From contig NIVC01004108.1 in assembly GCA_002269645.1 (NCBI GenBank), positions 1 to 60,361 on the forward strand: a stretch of 60,361 nucleotides of DNA, read 5' to 3'. The position numbers were made by a program, and so were the translations under genes. The notes under the pieces are model-generated. The model did no database searches, was not told the DNA's origin, and saw only the letters and a list, made by a program, of their open reading frames with translations. Shown one piece after another: positions 60,356-60,361 of this stretch (position 1 is the first letter of the stretch; every line of letters starts with the position of its first letter). The stretch is from Macrostomum lignano. Lineage: Eukaryota.

Positions 60356-60361
60356 CGTGTA

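Overview
Animal (invertebrate-like) nuclear DNA, very rich in repeats, in two parts. (1) 1-16069 is the right-hand ~16 kb of an AT-rich Maverick/Polinton (adintovirus-like) endogenous virus. It ends in a canonical ...ACTACT terminus and encodes an rve integrase, a parvovirus-type PLA2 (PLA2X) protein, an HNH endonuclease, major and minor capsid proteins, packaging ATPase, adenain-like protease, a fiber-like protein, protein-primed PolB and putative core proteins; many ORFs carry 1-nt frameshifts. The standout observation is a 303-nt insertion (650-952, minus strand) in the PLA2X gene. It folds by eye into a complete group I self-splicing intron (P1-P10, IC1-like, compensatory P7, terminal A instead of G). 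Removing it restores the conserved FTG|PGT motif, and a free-standing HNH endonuclease gene lies directly upstream, suggesting an intron plus trans-acting homing nuclease system carried by a Polinton in an animal genome. (2) 16070-60361 is host DNA: a mucin-like exon, a Delta/Serrate-like gene with a duplicated C2-DSL-EGF module, three fibrinogen-related-domain paralogues, a full-length RNase H-containing LINE with a 13-bp TSD, a non-autonomous hAT element with an 8-bp TSD, piggyBac/CR1/SINE relics, many tandem repeats, and the 3' part of REV3L (Pol zeta), most of whose introns are filled with satellites. All calls are by-eye; no searches or folding programs were run.
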